64,000 nucleotides of DNA, from the NCBI GenBank assembly GCA_963664825.1, contig OY761614.1, positions 576,001 to 640,000 of the forward strand. Direction: 5' to 3'. Origin of the DNA: an uncultured Holophaga sp. (GTDB lineage Bacteria; Acidobacteriota; Holophagae; Holophagales; Holophagaceae). A program made the position numbers and the translations under genes. This document shows positions 32,084-41,395 of the stretch, one piece after another. The notes under the pieces are model-generated. The model did no database searches. It was not told the origin of the DNA and saw nothing but the letters and a program-made list of their open reading frames with translations. Numbering within the stretch: the first letter of the stretch is position 1; each line of letters begins with the position of its first letter.

Positions 32084-32125
32084 GAGGCGGTGACCCCTTA
32101 CAAGCGAGGACCAGGCCCCACGCGT

Positions 32126-32692
32126 TCATTTCCGGTGATAGCGCCCCGTCCCGTTGCACGTCACGCATGGGGCTTGGAACGTGAGGCTGCCGCCGCATCG
32201 CTTGCAGACCACGCTCAAGGAACCGGTGCCCGCGCACTTGGCGCAGGGGGTGGAAAAGGAGATCTGGACCTTGTGTCCCTTGCAGCGGGGGCATTTATGG
32301 CCATCCGCCAGCACGCCCGTGGCCTCGCAACGGGTGCAGGGCCCGGCCTTCTGCGCATAGGTCCCGCTGCCGGAGCACTTTCGGCAACTCACGACCATCG
32401 TGCCGCGCCCCTTGCACATATCGCAATCACTGAGCACGTGGCCGACGCCATCACACCTCAGGCATTTAACGCCAGGGTCAGCCGCGTCGCTCTTCGGGGG
32501 AGGAGGCACCTTTTCGCCAGACGTGGGGTCCAAGGGAGGACACAGAGCGAGCTCGAGCGAGCGGGCGGTCCCCCCTTTCAGGGCAGGCTCCTCAGGCATT
32601 TCCGCAGCGATTTTCTTGATGACCCTTTCCAGCTTCTTCCTCTTTTCCGTTTCCCGCTTGCGCTTCTCGAGCTGAGCATCCGTCTTGGCCAC
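32126..32692 (-). CDS. DnaJ-type CXXCXGXG zinc-finger repeat protein without J domain
   Basis: Eight CXXC(XGXG) motifs; basic N-terminus; GAAAGGA SD before GTG. Confidence 0.8.
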   Translation of the reverse strand: MAKTDAQLEKRKRETEKRKKLERVIKKIAAEMPEEPALKGGTARSLELALCPPLDPTSGEKVPPPPKSDAADPGVKCLRCDGVGHVLSDCDMCKGRGTMVVSCRKCSGSGTYAQKAGPCTRCEATGVLADGHKCPRCKGHKVQISFSTPCAKCAGTGSLSVVCKRCGGSLTFQAPCVTCNGTGRYHRK

Positions 32693-32806
32693 TGGGTTCC
32701 TTTCGGGAGTGGGATGTCAAGGATACCCGAGTCGGATGAACGACCGGGTTGGGGGAAGGGGACGGGGGGAATGAAGGCGCTGAAGACGATCGGGAGCTAG
32801 AACCGA

Positions 32807-35005
32807 TCAGGGCAATCCCGCAGCACGGAGCTGTCTCTGGAGGCGCTCCGTGCGGCCCAGGGCCCGGAGTGCAAGCTCCTGATCGGCCTCGTCCAAAAGT
32901 GAGCCCTTGGCCATGCGCCGCCCAAGGGCCTGGATACGGGTTCCCAGGGCCATCAGCTCATCCAGGCGCTGCTGTCGCCAGAAGTGGATGAGGAGCAGGG
33001 GCAGGAATTCTGCCCGTTCCTGGATCTCTCCCTCGAGCCTGGGCATGCGTTCCAGCAGCTCCATGGCCTTCAGGAGATTCCGCTCCAGCCCCTTCCCATC
33101 CAACTGGCTGCAGATGGCAGCCATGGAGACATCGACCTCGATCAGAAGCTGTTCGTGGCCCGGTGAGGCCTCCAGAATGCACTGGGCCCTTTCGAGGGAT
33201 GGGAGGCCCTTATCCCCCTGCCTCTCCCCCAGATCGGCCAGCAACTCGGCCACCAGGACATGAGAAGCACTCAGCTGTTTTTCGGCATCCTGGATCAACT
33301 GTTCCAGCCCATCCATTCCCATGGCGCCGGAGGGAAGGCGGCTCCAACGCCAGCGCAGGGCCTCCTCGGCCTTGGTCGGCTGAAGGTCTTGAGGAGCCTC
33401 CGGATCCAGGGCGACCAGGATGCGCCAAGGTTCCCGGGCCAGCAACGCCCCTTGACCGGACAGAAGGCGTGCCCCGTACCGCGCCACGAGAGGTGCGAGG
33501 GCCTCTGGCCGGGCCTGGAACCAGGGAATGGCCGCACTGAGTCCCGGCAGGCGCGGGAACACTTCCGGAGCATGGAACCCCAGCGGCCCCGAAGGCTCCT
33601 CCGGAATCTCCGGGGCGGCCACGAGCCAAGCCTCGATCCATCGCTTCGCCTCCGAGACCTCGCCCAAACCCAATGCCGCGCGGAAGCGCCATCCAAGCAC
33701 GCGCTCGGATTCCTGCTCCCGGGGCGCCCCCAGGAGTTCCTGGAGTTCCTTCCAGCGGCCCAGGTTCGCCAGGAGTTCGCATCTGGCCGGAAGGTCCTGG
33801 CCCTTGGGGTCCGCCAGATCCAGGCAGATACCGAGCAGTTCTTCCGCTTCAAGGGCGTGGCCCGCGTTGGTCTGGAACGCGGCCCAAGCCTCCAGGTGCT
33901 GCGCAAGACCGTCGACGCTTCCAGAATGGGCCAGGGCCTCGAGCCTCCAAGTTCCCGTTTCCAGCAATCCTCCGTCCCGGTGCTCCCCCAAAAAGGATTC
34001 CGCCTCCCCCAGAAGGGCGAAGATTGCGTCCCTGGACGTGGCTTCCGCGAGAGCCCCCCTCAGGAGCCCCGCCCAGCCTCCCCAATCCTCCAAAGTCTTG
34101 GCGATGCGGCGACGAAGGGGGTCCTGAGCCTTGTTCCCCTCCCGGAGCCTCATATCCAGGCGCTTGAGCAGGCTTCTGGCGGCGCCTTCCAACGGCGTTC
34201 CCATCAAGGCCTTCCCCAGTTCCAAAAGGGTATCCACGCCTGCTTCCTGCGCGCATTCGCGCATCACCGTCTCCGGATCCAGGCGATCCACCAGGGCCGC
34301 TAATTCGAGGCGTTGGCTCTCGGAGGCTTCCTTGGCCGCGAGCCCCCACACCCGGTGGGCATCGGGTTTGAGGCCGAGCCTCATCACCTGCCGGGTCAGC
34401 TGGCGATCGTCGGAGTAGTTCTCCCAGACCCGCGCCAGGTGATGGCTGAACTCCAGCATGGGCTCGAGCTCCACCACGGTGAGCCAGGGGCCGTAGTGAT
34501 CCTCCACCGCCGCGGCCAGATCCTTCTCCAGGAGGGGGTCTGGAGTCCGGGCAATCCCCGCGCGGATCCGCAGGGCCTCGTCCCGCCAATTCGAGGCCCG
34601 CAATCCGCCCAGCTCGTAGAGGAGGGTCAGGTTTTCGAGTTCCGGCAGAAGCCGGAGATTTCCCCGCCCCCATTCCTTCTGCCCATTCCTCCAGCGCAGG
34701 GCCAGGTTCTTGGCCGCCCGCCCGTACCGCTTTTCCCCCTTAGCCTCCTCGCCCGTGGCGACCTCCAGGGCACCCAGGGCGGCCTCCAGCAGGGGCAGGG
34801 AACGGCTCTCCGAAGGTAGGGACTTGGTGCAGACGGATAGCATCGTCGTGGCTTGGCTGCGCAGGGCCTTCAGGCTCGAGGGCTTCGTCGGGGCCTCCCA
34901 GCCCATCTGCGGGGCCACCTCCCGGCAGAAATCCAGGGCCGCATTTTCCAGAGGCGGCGGGGCTGGCGCCCTTTCAACGGCAGGAGGAATGAGGAATGGG
35001 ATCAC
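32807..35005 (-). CDS. Large alpha-helical (TPR-like) hypothetical protein
   Basis: 732-aa Leu/Ala/Glu/Arg-rich ORF that fills the gap between neighbours; no recognisable catalytic motif. Confidence 0.65.
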   Translation of the reverse strand: MIPFLIPPAVERAPAPPPLENAALDFCREVAPQMGWEAPTKPSSLKALRSQATTMLSVCTKSLPSESRSLPLLEAALGALEVATGEEAKGEKRYGRAAKNLALRWRNGQKEWGRGNLRLLPELENLTLLYELGGLRASNWRDEALRIRAGIARTPDPLLEKDLAAAVEDHYGPWLTVVELEPMLEFSHHLARVWENYSDDRQLTRQVMRLGLKPDAHRVWGLAAKEASESQRLELAALVDRLDPETVMRECAQEAGVDTLLELGKALMGTPLEGAARSLLKRLDMRLREGNKAQDPLRRRIAKTLEDWGGWAGLLRGALAEATSRDAIFALLGEAESFLGEHRDGGLLETGTWRLEALAHSGSVDGLAQHLEAWAAFQTNAGHALEAEELLGICLDLADPKGQDLPARCELLANLGRWKELQELLGAPREQESERVLGWRFRAALGLGEVSEAKRWIEAWLVAAPEIPEEPSGPLGFHAPEVFPRLPGLSAAIPWFQARPEALAPLVARYGARLLSGQGALLAREPWRILVALDPEAPQDLQPTKAEEALRWRWSRLPSGAMGMDGLEQLIQDAEKQLSASHVLVAELLADLGERQGDKGLPSLERAQCILEASPGHEQLLIEVDVSMAAICSQLDGKGLERNLLKAMELLERMPRLEGEIQERAEFLPLLLIHFWRQQRLDELMALGTRIQALGRRMAKGSLLDEADQELALRALGRTERLQRQLRAAGLP

Positions 35006-35026
35006 ACGTCATCCTAACGCTGGGTC

Positions 35027-35497
35027 TCAGCGTTGGGCCTTGAGGAGGGCCTGGAGCAGATCATCCAGCTTCTGGAGGAAGCGTGAGCGGTCCCGGGGCT
35101 CGAAGGGGGCCGGGCCGCCGTTGACGGCCCCCGAATCCCGCAGGTAGGCCATCAACTCCCGGCTGGCCAGGGCGTCCCCGATGGATTCAGGCGTGAAGAC
35201 CTTCCCCTTGGGATCCAGCACCCGCGCCCCCTTGGCGAGGCAGCGCGAGGCCAGGGGGATATCGGAGGTGACGGCCACATCCGTTTCCGTGATGTGCTCG
35301 ACGATCCAATCGTCGGCCGCATCGAAATGCCCCGTCACCACGATCATTTCCACCAAGGGACCCGCCGGAATCCGCAGCCGCCCGTTGGAGACCACGAAGA
35401 CCTTGAAGCCGTAGCGCTTGCCCACACGAAAAATTTCCTCTTTCACGGGGCAGGCATCGGCATCCACGTATATCTGGATCAAGGAGTGTCCTTTCAT
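35027..35497 (-). CDS. YaiI/YqxD (UPF0178) family protein
   Basis: IYVDADACPVK, DAADDWI, VTSDIPLA. Confidence 0.92.
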   Translation of the reverse strand: MKGHSLIQIYVDADACPVKEEIFRVGKRYGFKVFVVSNGRLRIPAGPLVEMIVVTGHFDAADDWIVEHITETDVAVTSDIPLASRCLAKGARVLDPKGKVFTPESIGDALASRELMAYLRDSGAVNGGPAPFEPRDRSRFLQKLDDLLQALLKAQR

Positions 35498-35567
35498 GCG
35501 GGGGAATAGGGCATCGACAGACCGAGCGCCCGTTGAACCAGTCTACCGGCTGGCCCACACTGAGCCC

Positions 35568-36206
35568 ATGCAGCTCCACCTCACGGCCGCCCTGAAATAC
35601 GCCCTCACGGCCCTGGACGCACCCGCCCAGGAAGGGGCGCGCCGGGCCGTCCTCCGGGAGGCGAAACGAATCCGGGACCTCCCCCCTGGAGCCCTGCGGG
35701 CCCAAGGCCTGCATGACAGGCTCGACGCCGGGATCCAGGCTTTCCTCGAATCCAGGCCCGATCTGGCCGGCGCCATCCGCTGCGGGAAGGGATGCGCCCA
35801 CTGCTGCCGCATTTTCGTGGGCATCACAGGGGATGAGGCGCGGCTCCTGGCCCAAGAGGCCAGGGCAGGAAGAGCGAGTCTTTCGGAGCCCAGGCTGGAA
35901 ATCCAGCGGCACTGGGACTCTCCTGCGGACTTCGCCACCCATTCCAGAGAGGAGACGGCCTGCGTGTTCCTCCAGGGCGACGGGAGCTGCGGCGTCTACG
36001 AGCACCGCCCCAGCGCCTGCCGCGCCCTCCTGGTGGCCAGTGACCCCGAGGGCTGCCGCCAGGCGGGCCGCAGCACCCGGATCCTCGCCATCATCAACCC
36101 CAGCGCCGAAGGACTGGTATCGGCCGCCCGCACAGCGGACGCCCTCGAGACGGGCGCCCCTTCCCATCCGCTGGCCCGGCGCCTGTGGGAGGCCCTCCAG
36201 AGGTAG
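35568..36206 (+). CDS. YkgJ-family cysteine cluster protein
   Basis: CGKGCAHCC, CVFL, CGVYEHRPSACR. Confidence 0.88.
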   Translation: MQLHLTAALKYALTALDAPAQEGARRAVLREAKRIRDLPPGALRAQGLHDRLDAGIQAFLESRPDLAGAIRCGKGCAHCCRIFVGITGDEARLLAQEARAGRASLSEPRLEIQRHWDSPADFATHSREETACVFLQGDGSCGVYEHRPSACRALLVASDPEGCRQAGRSTRILAIINPSAEGLVSAARTADALETGAPSHPLARRLWEALQR

Positions 36207-36247
36207 AGGGGCCGTGCCTCGGCAGCTACCGGGAGGCGCACCTTTTG

Positions 36248-37180
36248 CTAGCCGGCGACTTCCTCGAGCCGGGCCTGCATCTTCCGCTGGGCCCGCTGGG
36301 TGCTCCAGAAGCCCCAGAAGGCGCCCAGGGCGCCCGTGCAGATGCCCGTGGATCCGAGGAGCACCAGGCTCCCCAGGGAGAAGAAACCGCTCCGGGCCAG
36401 CTGCACCAGCAGGGGCGATAGGCCTCCCAGACCCCGACTGAGGGGCAGCCAGAGGGCCAGGAGGGAGAGGACGGCCAGCATGCTGGCCAGGAAACCCAGC
36501 ACGGCCCCCTCTACCAGGAGGGGCGTGCGGATGAAGCTCTCGGTGGCGCCCACCAGGCGCATGATGGCGATCTCTTCTTCCCGGGCCAGGATGCTCATGC
36601 GGATCACATTGCCCGTGGAAAAGCCCGCGGCGATCAGGAGCAGGACACCCAGGGTGCCCAGGGCCTGGCGCAGGAGGGCTGCGGATTTCTGAAGGGTCTC
36701 CAGGCGATTCTGATCCACCACCACGTCCCCGACCCCGGGGATCCGCTTGAGGCTCTCCCCAACTTCCGTGGCCCTGCGGGCCGCCAGCAGGTCCGGGCGC
36801 AGGCTCAGTTCCAGACTCTCGGGGATGGGCTCCCGGCCCAGGCTCTCCAGCATCAATCCGGCCTCCCGGGTGGTTTCGAGAAAACGCCGCGTCCCCTCCG
36901 CACTGGTGATCCGCTTCACCTCGGTGAATCGCGGGTCCCGCCGGAGCCCGGCTTCGGCTTCCTGCAGGTTCGACCCATCGGCGGCGAAGACCGTCACCCG
37001 GGCCAGGGACTCCATCCGGGAGACCCAGCGATCCAGGCTCTCCACCGCCAGCAGCCCGCCCCCCGCCAGGAGCAGGCCGGAGGCCAGGGTGAGCACGGCC
37101 AGGATGTGCTGCCCTCGGTGCCGCAGGATATCCTTCACGACATCCCGGAGCAGCAAGCCCACTAGGCGGAACCAGGCCAT
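36248..37180 (-). CDS. ftsX: Cell division permease FtsX
   Basis: TM1, periplasmic domain ending IPGVGDV, NVIRMSILAREEEIAIMRLVGATESFIRTP. Confidence 0.88.
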   Translation of the reverse strand: MAWFRLVGLLLRDVVKDILRHRGQHILAVLTLASGLLLAGGGLLAVESLDRWVSRMESLARVTVFAADGSNLQEAEAGLRRDPRFTEVKRITSAEGTRRFLETTREAGLMLESLGREPIPESLELSLRPDLLAARRATEVGESLKRIPGVGDVVVDQNRLETLQKSAALLRQALGTLGVLLLIAAGFSTGNVIRMSILAREEEIAIMRLVGATESFIRTPLLVEGAVLGFLASMLAVLSLLALWLPLSRGLGGLSPLLVQLARSGFFSLGSLVLLGSTGICTGALGAFWGFWSTQRAQRKMQARLEEVAG

Positions 37181-38311
37181 TCAATTGCTCCCGTCGAAGG
37201 CCAGGCCGGAGATGGTGCCGGAAGTGAGGGTCAGGGATTGAGGATCCCCGCCCAGGCTGGGGTTCTTCCAGAGCCAGATGCGATTGGAGAAGGCCTTGCT
37301 CGTGAGATAGTCGGCTCCCCCCAGCCAGTCCTTGTTCCCACCGTGGGCGATGATGCGCAGATTGGGCTGAGTGGTGAAGCTGCCCAGGAAGCGGCTGGGG
37401 GCCTGATCATACGAGGAGGTGAAGTCCCCGGAGGAGAATACGGCGATGGGGCCCCCGCTGGCGGTGTTGGTGCGGAAGACATAGAGGAAGTTGTTCCCCG
37501 TATCCAGGGCTAGGCAACCGCCCGTACCGGAATCCGTCAGGGTGGTGGAAGAACCCACGATCACCTGGGAACTGAAGGCCGAAGAGGTCCCAACCCGGAG
37601 CCGGGCTCCCGTATAGCTCACATCGCCCGTGGCCGAGGGCACAGAGGCACCCCCCGAGAAATAGCCGTAGACCTTCCCCTGGCTCACGGCCACACCCGTC
37701 CCGCCCTTATCGGGGCCCCCACTCGTGAAATCCAGGCTGGTCGTCTGAAGGGCATGGAGGGGAGCCGAGCTCTCCTGATAGGACCCGCCATAGTTCCCGG
37801 GGTTGGCCACCACCCAGATCCGCGTCTCGGAGGTGCCGGTCTCGGTGACGTAGAGGGTGCCAGTGCTGGGGTCCACGGCCGCCTGTCCGAAGGAGCTGCC
37901 ATTCAGCCGATTGCTGCTATCCAGCGTGAAGGTGGCGATATCGGTCGAAGAGGATCCGATACCGCCGCTCTGCTTATCGACGCGCTCGATGCGCACCACG
38001 GCTCCCGTGGAATCCACCAGAAAGAGCCGCTTGGCGCTGATATCGAGGCAGAGGCTCCCCACCACGGGGCTCGTGATATTTCCGGTGATGACCGAACTGG
38101 TGATGGTGCGGCTGGGGGCCGTGTCCCCCCCGGAGACGATATTGGCGTAGAGGGTGGCTGTGTCATCCCAGGCCTTCACGGCTGTGCCATCGAAGGCATA
38201 GAGCGCGGTGCTGGAGGTGGAACCGCCCTCGCCCACATCCACACAGGCCAGCTGGAAAGAGAGCGACAACAGCGCCGCCCCAGCGAAACCGAGGATTCTG
38301 CGAAGGTTCAT
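37181..38311 (-). CDS. Ser/Thr/Gly-rich lipoprotein, probable beta-propeller
   Basis: Lipobox-like QLAC; repeated blade-like motifs AVDPSTGTLYV, ALDTGNNFLYV, GLAFD. Confidence 0.75.
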   Translation of the reverse strand: MNLRRILGFAGAALLSLSFQLACVDVGEGGSTSSTALYAFDGTAVKAWDDTATLYANIVSGGDTAPSRTITSSVITGNITSPVVGSLCLDISAKRLFLVDSTGAVVRIERVDKQSGGIGSSSTDIATFTLDSSNRLNGSSFGQAAVDPSTGTLYVTETGTSETRIWVVANPGNYGGSYQESSAPLHALQTTSLDFTSGGPDKGGTGVAVSQGKVYGYFSGGASVPSATGDVSYTGARLRVGTSSAFSSQVIVGSSTTLTDSGTGGCLALDTGNNFLYVFRTNTASGGPIAVFSSGDFTSSYDQAPSRFLGSFTTQPNLRIIAHGGNKDWLGGADYLTSKAFSNRIWLWKNPSLGGDPQSLTLTSGTISGLAFDGSN

Positions 38312-38329
38312 GGCGACTCCGAAACGCAT

Positions 38330-39346
38330 TCACTTGCTGAAGAGTGCCTTGAGCTGGGCATTGAGGTTCTTCATCATTTCGGCGTCACATCCGGCATCCA
38401 CCGCCCCCCGGGAGATCGCCAGGGCCAGGTTCTTGACCGGCTCGGGGCCTTCGCCGGCATTCACCCGCTGGGTGGCCTCTTCCAGAAGAGTATTGATCAT
38501 GCCGTGATGCTGGGGAGGCAGGACGCCCCGAGCCGCCGTGGCGATGCGCTGGGAGAAAGCGTTGAGCTTGGTGATCTTCACCGGATCGGTCACGGTCCCC
38601 GGGTGCTTGGGCACCACGGGCTTCGGCGGCACAGGAGGCGGAATCACCACAGGGTGTTCGGATTCGAAGGGTTCGGTGGCTACAGGGAAACCCTGGGGAG
38701 GCAGATTCACCGGAGGCAGAACGTAGGAGGGCTCTGCGGCCTGGGGCGCTGCGGAAGGCGCAGGGGCGAATTCGGCAGGCAGTTCGGGCTTCCTCCCGGA
38801 GCGCACCCCCTTGAGGATCACCTGACCGGTCATCACCAGATCGTAGAGGTCCTTGGCCACGGTGAGGACGGGTTTCTGCATGACCTCCGCCAGTTCGGCC
38901 ACGGTGAACCAGCCGCTGATCAGCCCCAGCAGCTTGGCCTGGCGCGGATTGATGCCCTGGGGCGTCTCCCCCGGCAGGAGCGTCGATGAAGGATAGAGGT
39001 CCAGGGAACTGATCTTGGCGCTGATGACGCGCCATTCGTCCATCCGGCGGTGCATCTCCATGAGCACACCGGCGTTGGATTTGGTGATCGAGGGCACGAC
39101 ATCGCTGCTGCCCTCCTCGAAGTGATAGCTTCCATCCAGCCACAGCGCCACTTCGTAGACGGCGTCCAGCCCTTGAGCATCGTTGGTCACGGCGTGGATC
39201 AGCTTGCCGTCCTTCATGTATATCTTCGCCCGCTTGGGCTCATCGAGCACATGGAAACAACCGCTCTTCCCGCTCTGGCTGACCAGCTGGATGATGTCGG
39301 GAAGCGGCGCTTCGCGCATGGAACCTTGGATGAGACCCTGGGACAT
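38330..39346 (-). CDS. DUF4388 (PATAN-like) domain protein
   Basis: IQGSM....LPDIIQLVSQSGKSG, DGKLIHA, W.DGSYHF, RRMDEW; Pro-rich linker. Confidence 0.85.
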   Translation of the reverse strand: MSQGLIQGSMREAPLPDIIQLVSQSGKSGCFHVLDEPKRAKIYMKDGKLIHAVTNDAQGLDAVYEVALWLDGSYHFEEGSSDVVPSITKSNAGVLMEMHRRMDEWRVISAKISSLDLYPSSTLLPGETPQGINPRQAKLLGLISGWFTVAELAEVMQKPVLTVAKDLYDLVMTGQVILKGVRSGRKPELPAEFAPAPSAAPQAAEPSYVLPPVNLPPQGFPVATEPFESEHPVVIPPPVPPKPVVPKHPGTVTDPVKITKLNAFSQRIATAARGVLPPQHHGMINTLLEEATQRVNAGEGPEPVKNLALAISRGAVDAGCDAEMMKNLNAQLKALFSK

Positions 39347-39549
39347 TCGAAATCCCCTTCTCCGAAAAGCGATATGGGCTAGAAACCCGATGTTAGCACG
39401 ATGGCGGGCCTCCCAAGAGCCCCTTCCCCTCGGAATGAAGGGGCCCCAGGACATCCGTCAATTGCGGTTCCTCCCGGGTCCGGAAAAGAAGTACATTGGA
39501 CCCTGCGGCTTCGGTCTTGAGGCTGTCGCCATCCCCCCCTGGAAGCCCA

Positions 39550-40044
39550 TTGATCGATACGTCCTTCCTCACCGATTCGCCGTTGTTCAGCAACCTGGAC
39601 GAAACGGAGCGCGCCCAGATCCTGATCATCGGGCAGGTCAAGGCCTATGAGGAGGGCCAGGTGATCTTCCGGGAAGGCGATGCCGGGGACGGACTCTTCG
39701 TCCTGGTGAAGGGCTCCGTGCGCATCTCCAAGCAGGGCGCCACCGGCGAAGAGGCCCTGGCGATCCTCGAACCCCATGCCTTCTTCGGCGAGATGGCCCT
39801 CATCGATCTCTCCCCCAGGGCCGCCGATGCCATTGCCAACGACCCCACCCATCTCTTCTTCCTCCCCCTGACCGAACTGCGAGCCCTCTTCGAATCCCAT
39901 CACCAGATCGCCCTCAAGGTCCTCTACGCCCTCTGCGAAGTCTTGGCCCAGCGGCTGCGGGAAACCAACGAGCGGTACATGAACGTCTTCACCATTGCCC
40001 AATGGGGCGGCATCGCCCAGAGCGGCTTCGTCCCCCTGCCCTGA
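39550..40044 (+). CDS. Stand-alone cyclic nucleotide-binding domain protein
   Basis: IFREGDAGD, FFGEMAL, PRAADA; start uncertain (39496 or 39550). Confidence 0.88.
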   Translation: MIDTSFLTDSPLFSNLDETERAQILIIGQVKAYEEGQVIFREGDAGDGLFVLVKGSVRISKQGATGEEALAILEPHAFFGEMALIDLSPRAADAIANDPTHLFFLPLTELRALFESHHQIALKVLYALCEVLAQRLRETNERYMNVFTIAQWGGIAQSGFVPLP

Positions 40045-40080
40045 ACGCGCCGAGGCAGGCGCATCTTTCGAGAGGAAAAA

Positions 40081-40401
40081 ATGTCTGATCTCGTCAAACA
40101 CATCACTGACGCCGAATTCCAGGGCACCGTGGCCAGCGGCGTCACCCTCGTCGATTTCTGGGCTCCCTGGTGCGGCCCCTGCAAGATGATCGCGCCCATC
40201 CTGGATGAGCTCGCCGGTGAGCTGAACGGCAAGGTTCAGTTCGTGAAGATCAATATCGACGAGAACCCCCTGGTGGCCGGCCAGTTCGGCATCATGTCCA
40301 TCCCCACCCTGCTGCTCTTCAAGGACGGCAAGAAGGTGGACCAGAAGGTCGGCGCCCTGGCCAAGCCCGCGATGAAGAACTTCGTGGAAGCCGCGCTCTA
40401 G
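40081..40401 (+). CDS. trxA: Thioredoxin
   Basis: DFWAPWCGPCK, SIPTL. Confidence 0.98.
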   Translation: MSDLVKHITDAEFQGTVASGVTLVDFWAPWCGPCKMIAPILDELAGELNGKVQFVKINIDENPLVAGQFGIMSIPTLLLFKDGKKVDQKVGALAKPAMKNFVEAAL

Positions 40402-40411
40402 AAACGCGCAC

Positions 40412-40452
40412 GAGCAGAGCGGCGGCTCCTTTCCGGGGCCGCCGCTCTGCTC
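40412..40452. terminator. Hairpin between convergent genes
   Basis: 15-bp perfect stem GAGCAGAGCGGCGGC/GCCGCCGCTCTGCTC. Confidence 0.7.
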
Positions 40453-41368
40453 ATATTCGCTTCTTCCTGAGCACCATTCGGATCTGGTTGCCCTTGGCGT
40501 TGTGATGCACTTCGTCCATGACCATGTGGATCATGGCGAGGCCTCGCCCGCACTGGCGTGCCAGGGTCTCATCACAGATGCGGGAGACCTTCCGCGCGTT
40601 GAAGCCCGGGCCTCCATCGGTGATGACCACTTCGAATTCATCGGGGGTCGCCTCCATGAGGACCTCGATGGGGCGGGCGGCGTATTCGGGATCCGAGCGA
40701 CGTTCCTGGAGGAGGGCGGTGTAGGAGTCCTGCGCGCTGAACAGATCGTCCTTCAGGCTGGAATCCATCTCGAAGTTGCCGTGCTCCAGGGCATTGACCA
40801 GCGCCTCGTGATAGGCCATGGCGATGACGTCCACATTCGTGGGCAGGGCGAAACCCATGGGCACCAGCCGATCCGTGAGGTGCATCACGGTGCTGGGGAT
40901 ATCGAGCTCGTCACTCCGGAACAGGAACAGGCGCGTCTCCTTGGCGAGGCCCTTGAGGCCGGCCTCGGCTCGGCACAGTTCCCGGTGGAGCCCCACCAGG
41001 TGGAAGACGCTATTGACCAGTTCCCGCAGGGTCAGAGGCTTTTGGAAGAGATTGGCCGCACCCATGCGCATGGCCCGGATAGCGTAGTCCAGGGAGGCCT
41101 GGCCCGTCATCAGTACCACGGGCAGGCTGGGATGGATGGACTTCACCCTGTGGATGACATCGAAGCCGTCCATCCCCTCCATGTTGATATCGGAAATGAC
41201 CAGATCCACCTGGGGACCCTGGGGATCCTCCAGCAGCTCCATGGCCTGAGACCCCTCCGAGAAGGGATGGACGGCCATCCCGTGATGGGCCAGGGCATCA
41301 CTGATCATGCTGAGCACAGCCTGATCGTCATCGATCACCATGACATGTGGAACGGCGGGACGCTTCAT
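40451..41368 (-). CDS. Receiver domain fused to RsbW-like (anti-sigma kinase) HATPase domain
   Basis: VIDDD, SDINM, QKP receiver; EALVNALEHGN, DGGPGF, GRGL. Confidence 0.9.
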   Translation of the reverse strand: MKRPAVPHVMVIDDDQAVLSMISDALAHHGMAVHPFSEGSQAMELLEDPQGPQVDLVISDINMEGMDGFDVIHRVKSIHPSLPVVLMTGQASLDYAIRAMRMGAANLFQKPLTLRELVNSVFHLVGLHRELCRAEAGLKGLAKETRLFLFRSDELDIPSTVMHLTDRLVPMGFALPTNVDVIAMAYHEALVNALEHGNFEMDSSLKDDLFSAQDSYTALLQERRSDPEYAARPIEVLMEATPDEFEVVITDGGPGFNARKVSRICDETLARQCGRGLAMIHMVMDEVHHNAKGNQIRMVLRKKRI

Positions 41369-41395
41369 CCGGGCTCCGGGAAGGGGGCTAGGAAA

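Noticed and set aside
32746..32769. G-quadruplex-like G-tracts, loosely similar to the C-tract at 7397-7416
   Set aside because: Low-complexity match, plausible by chance in a GC-rich genome
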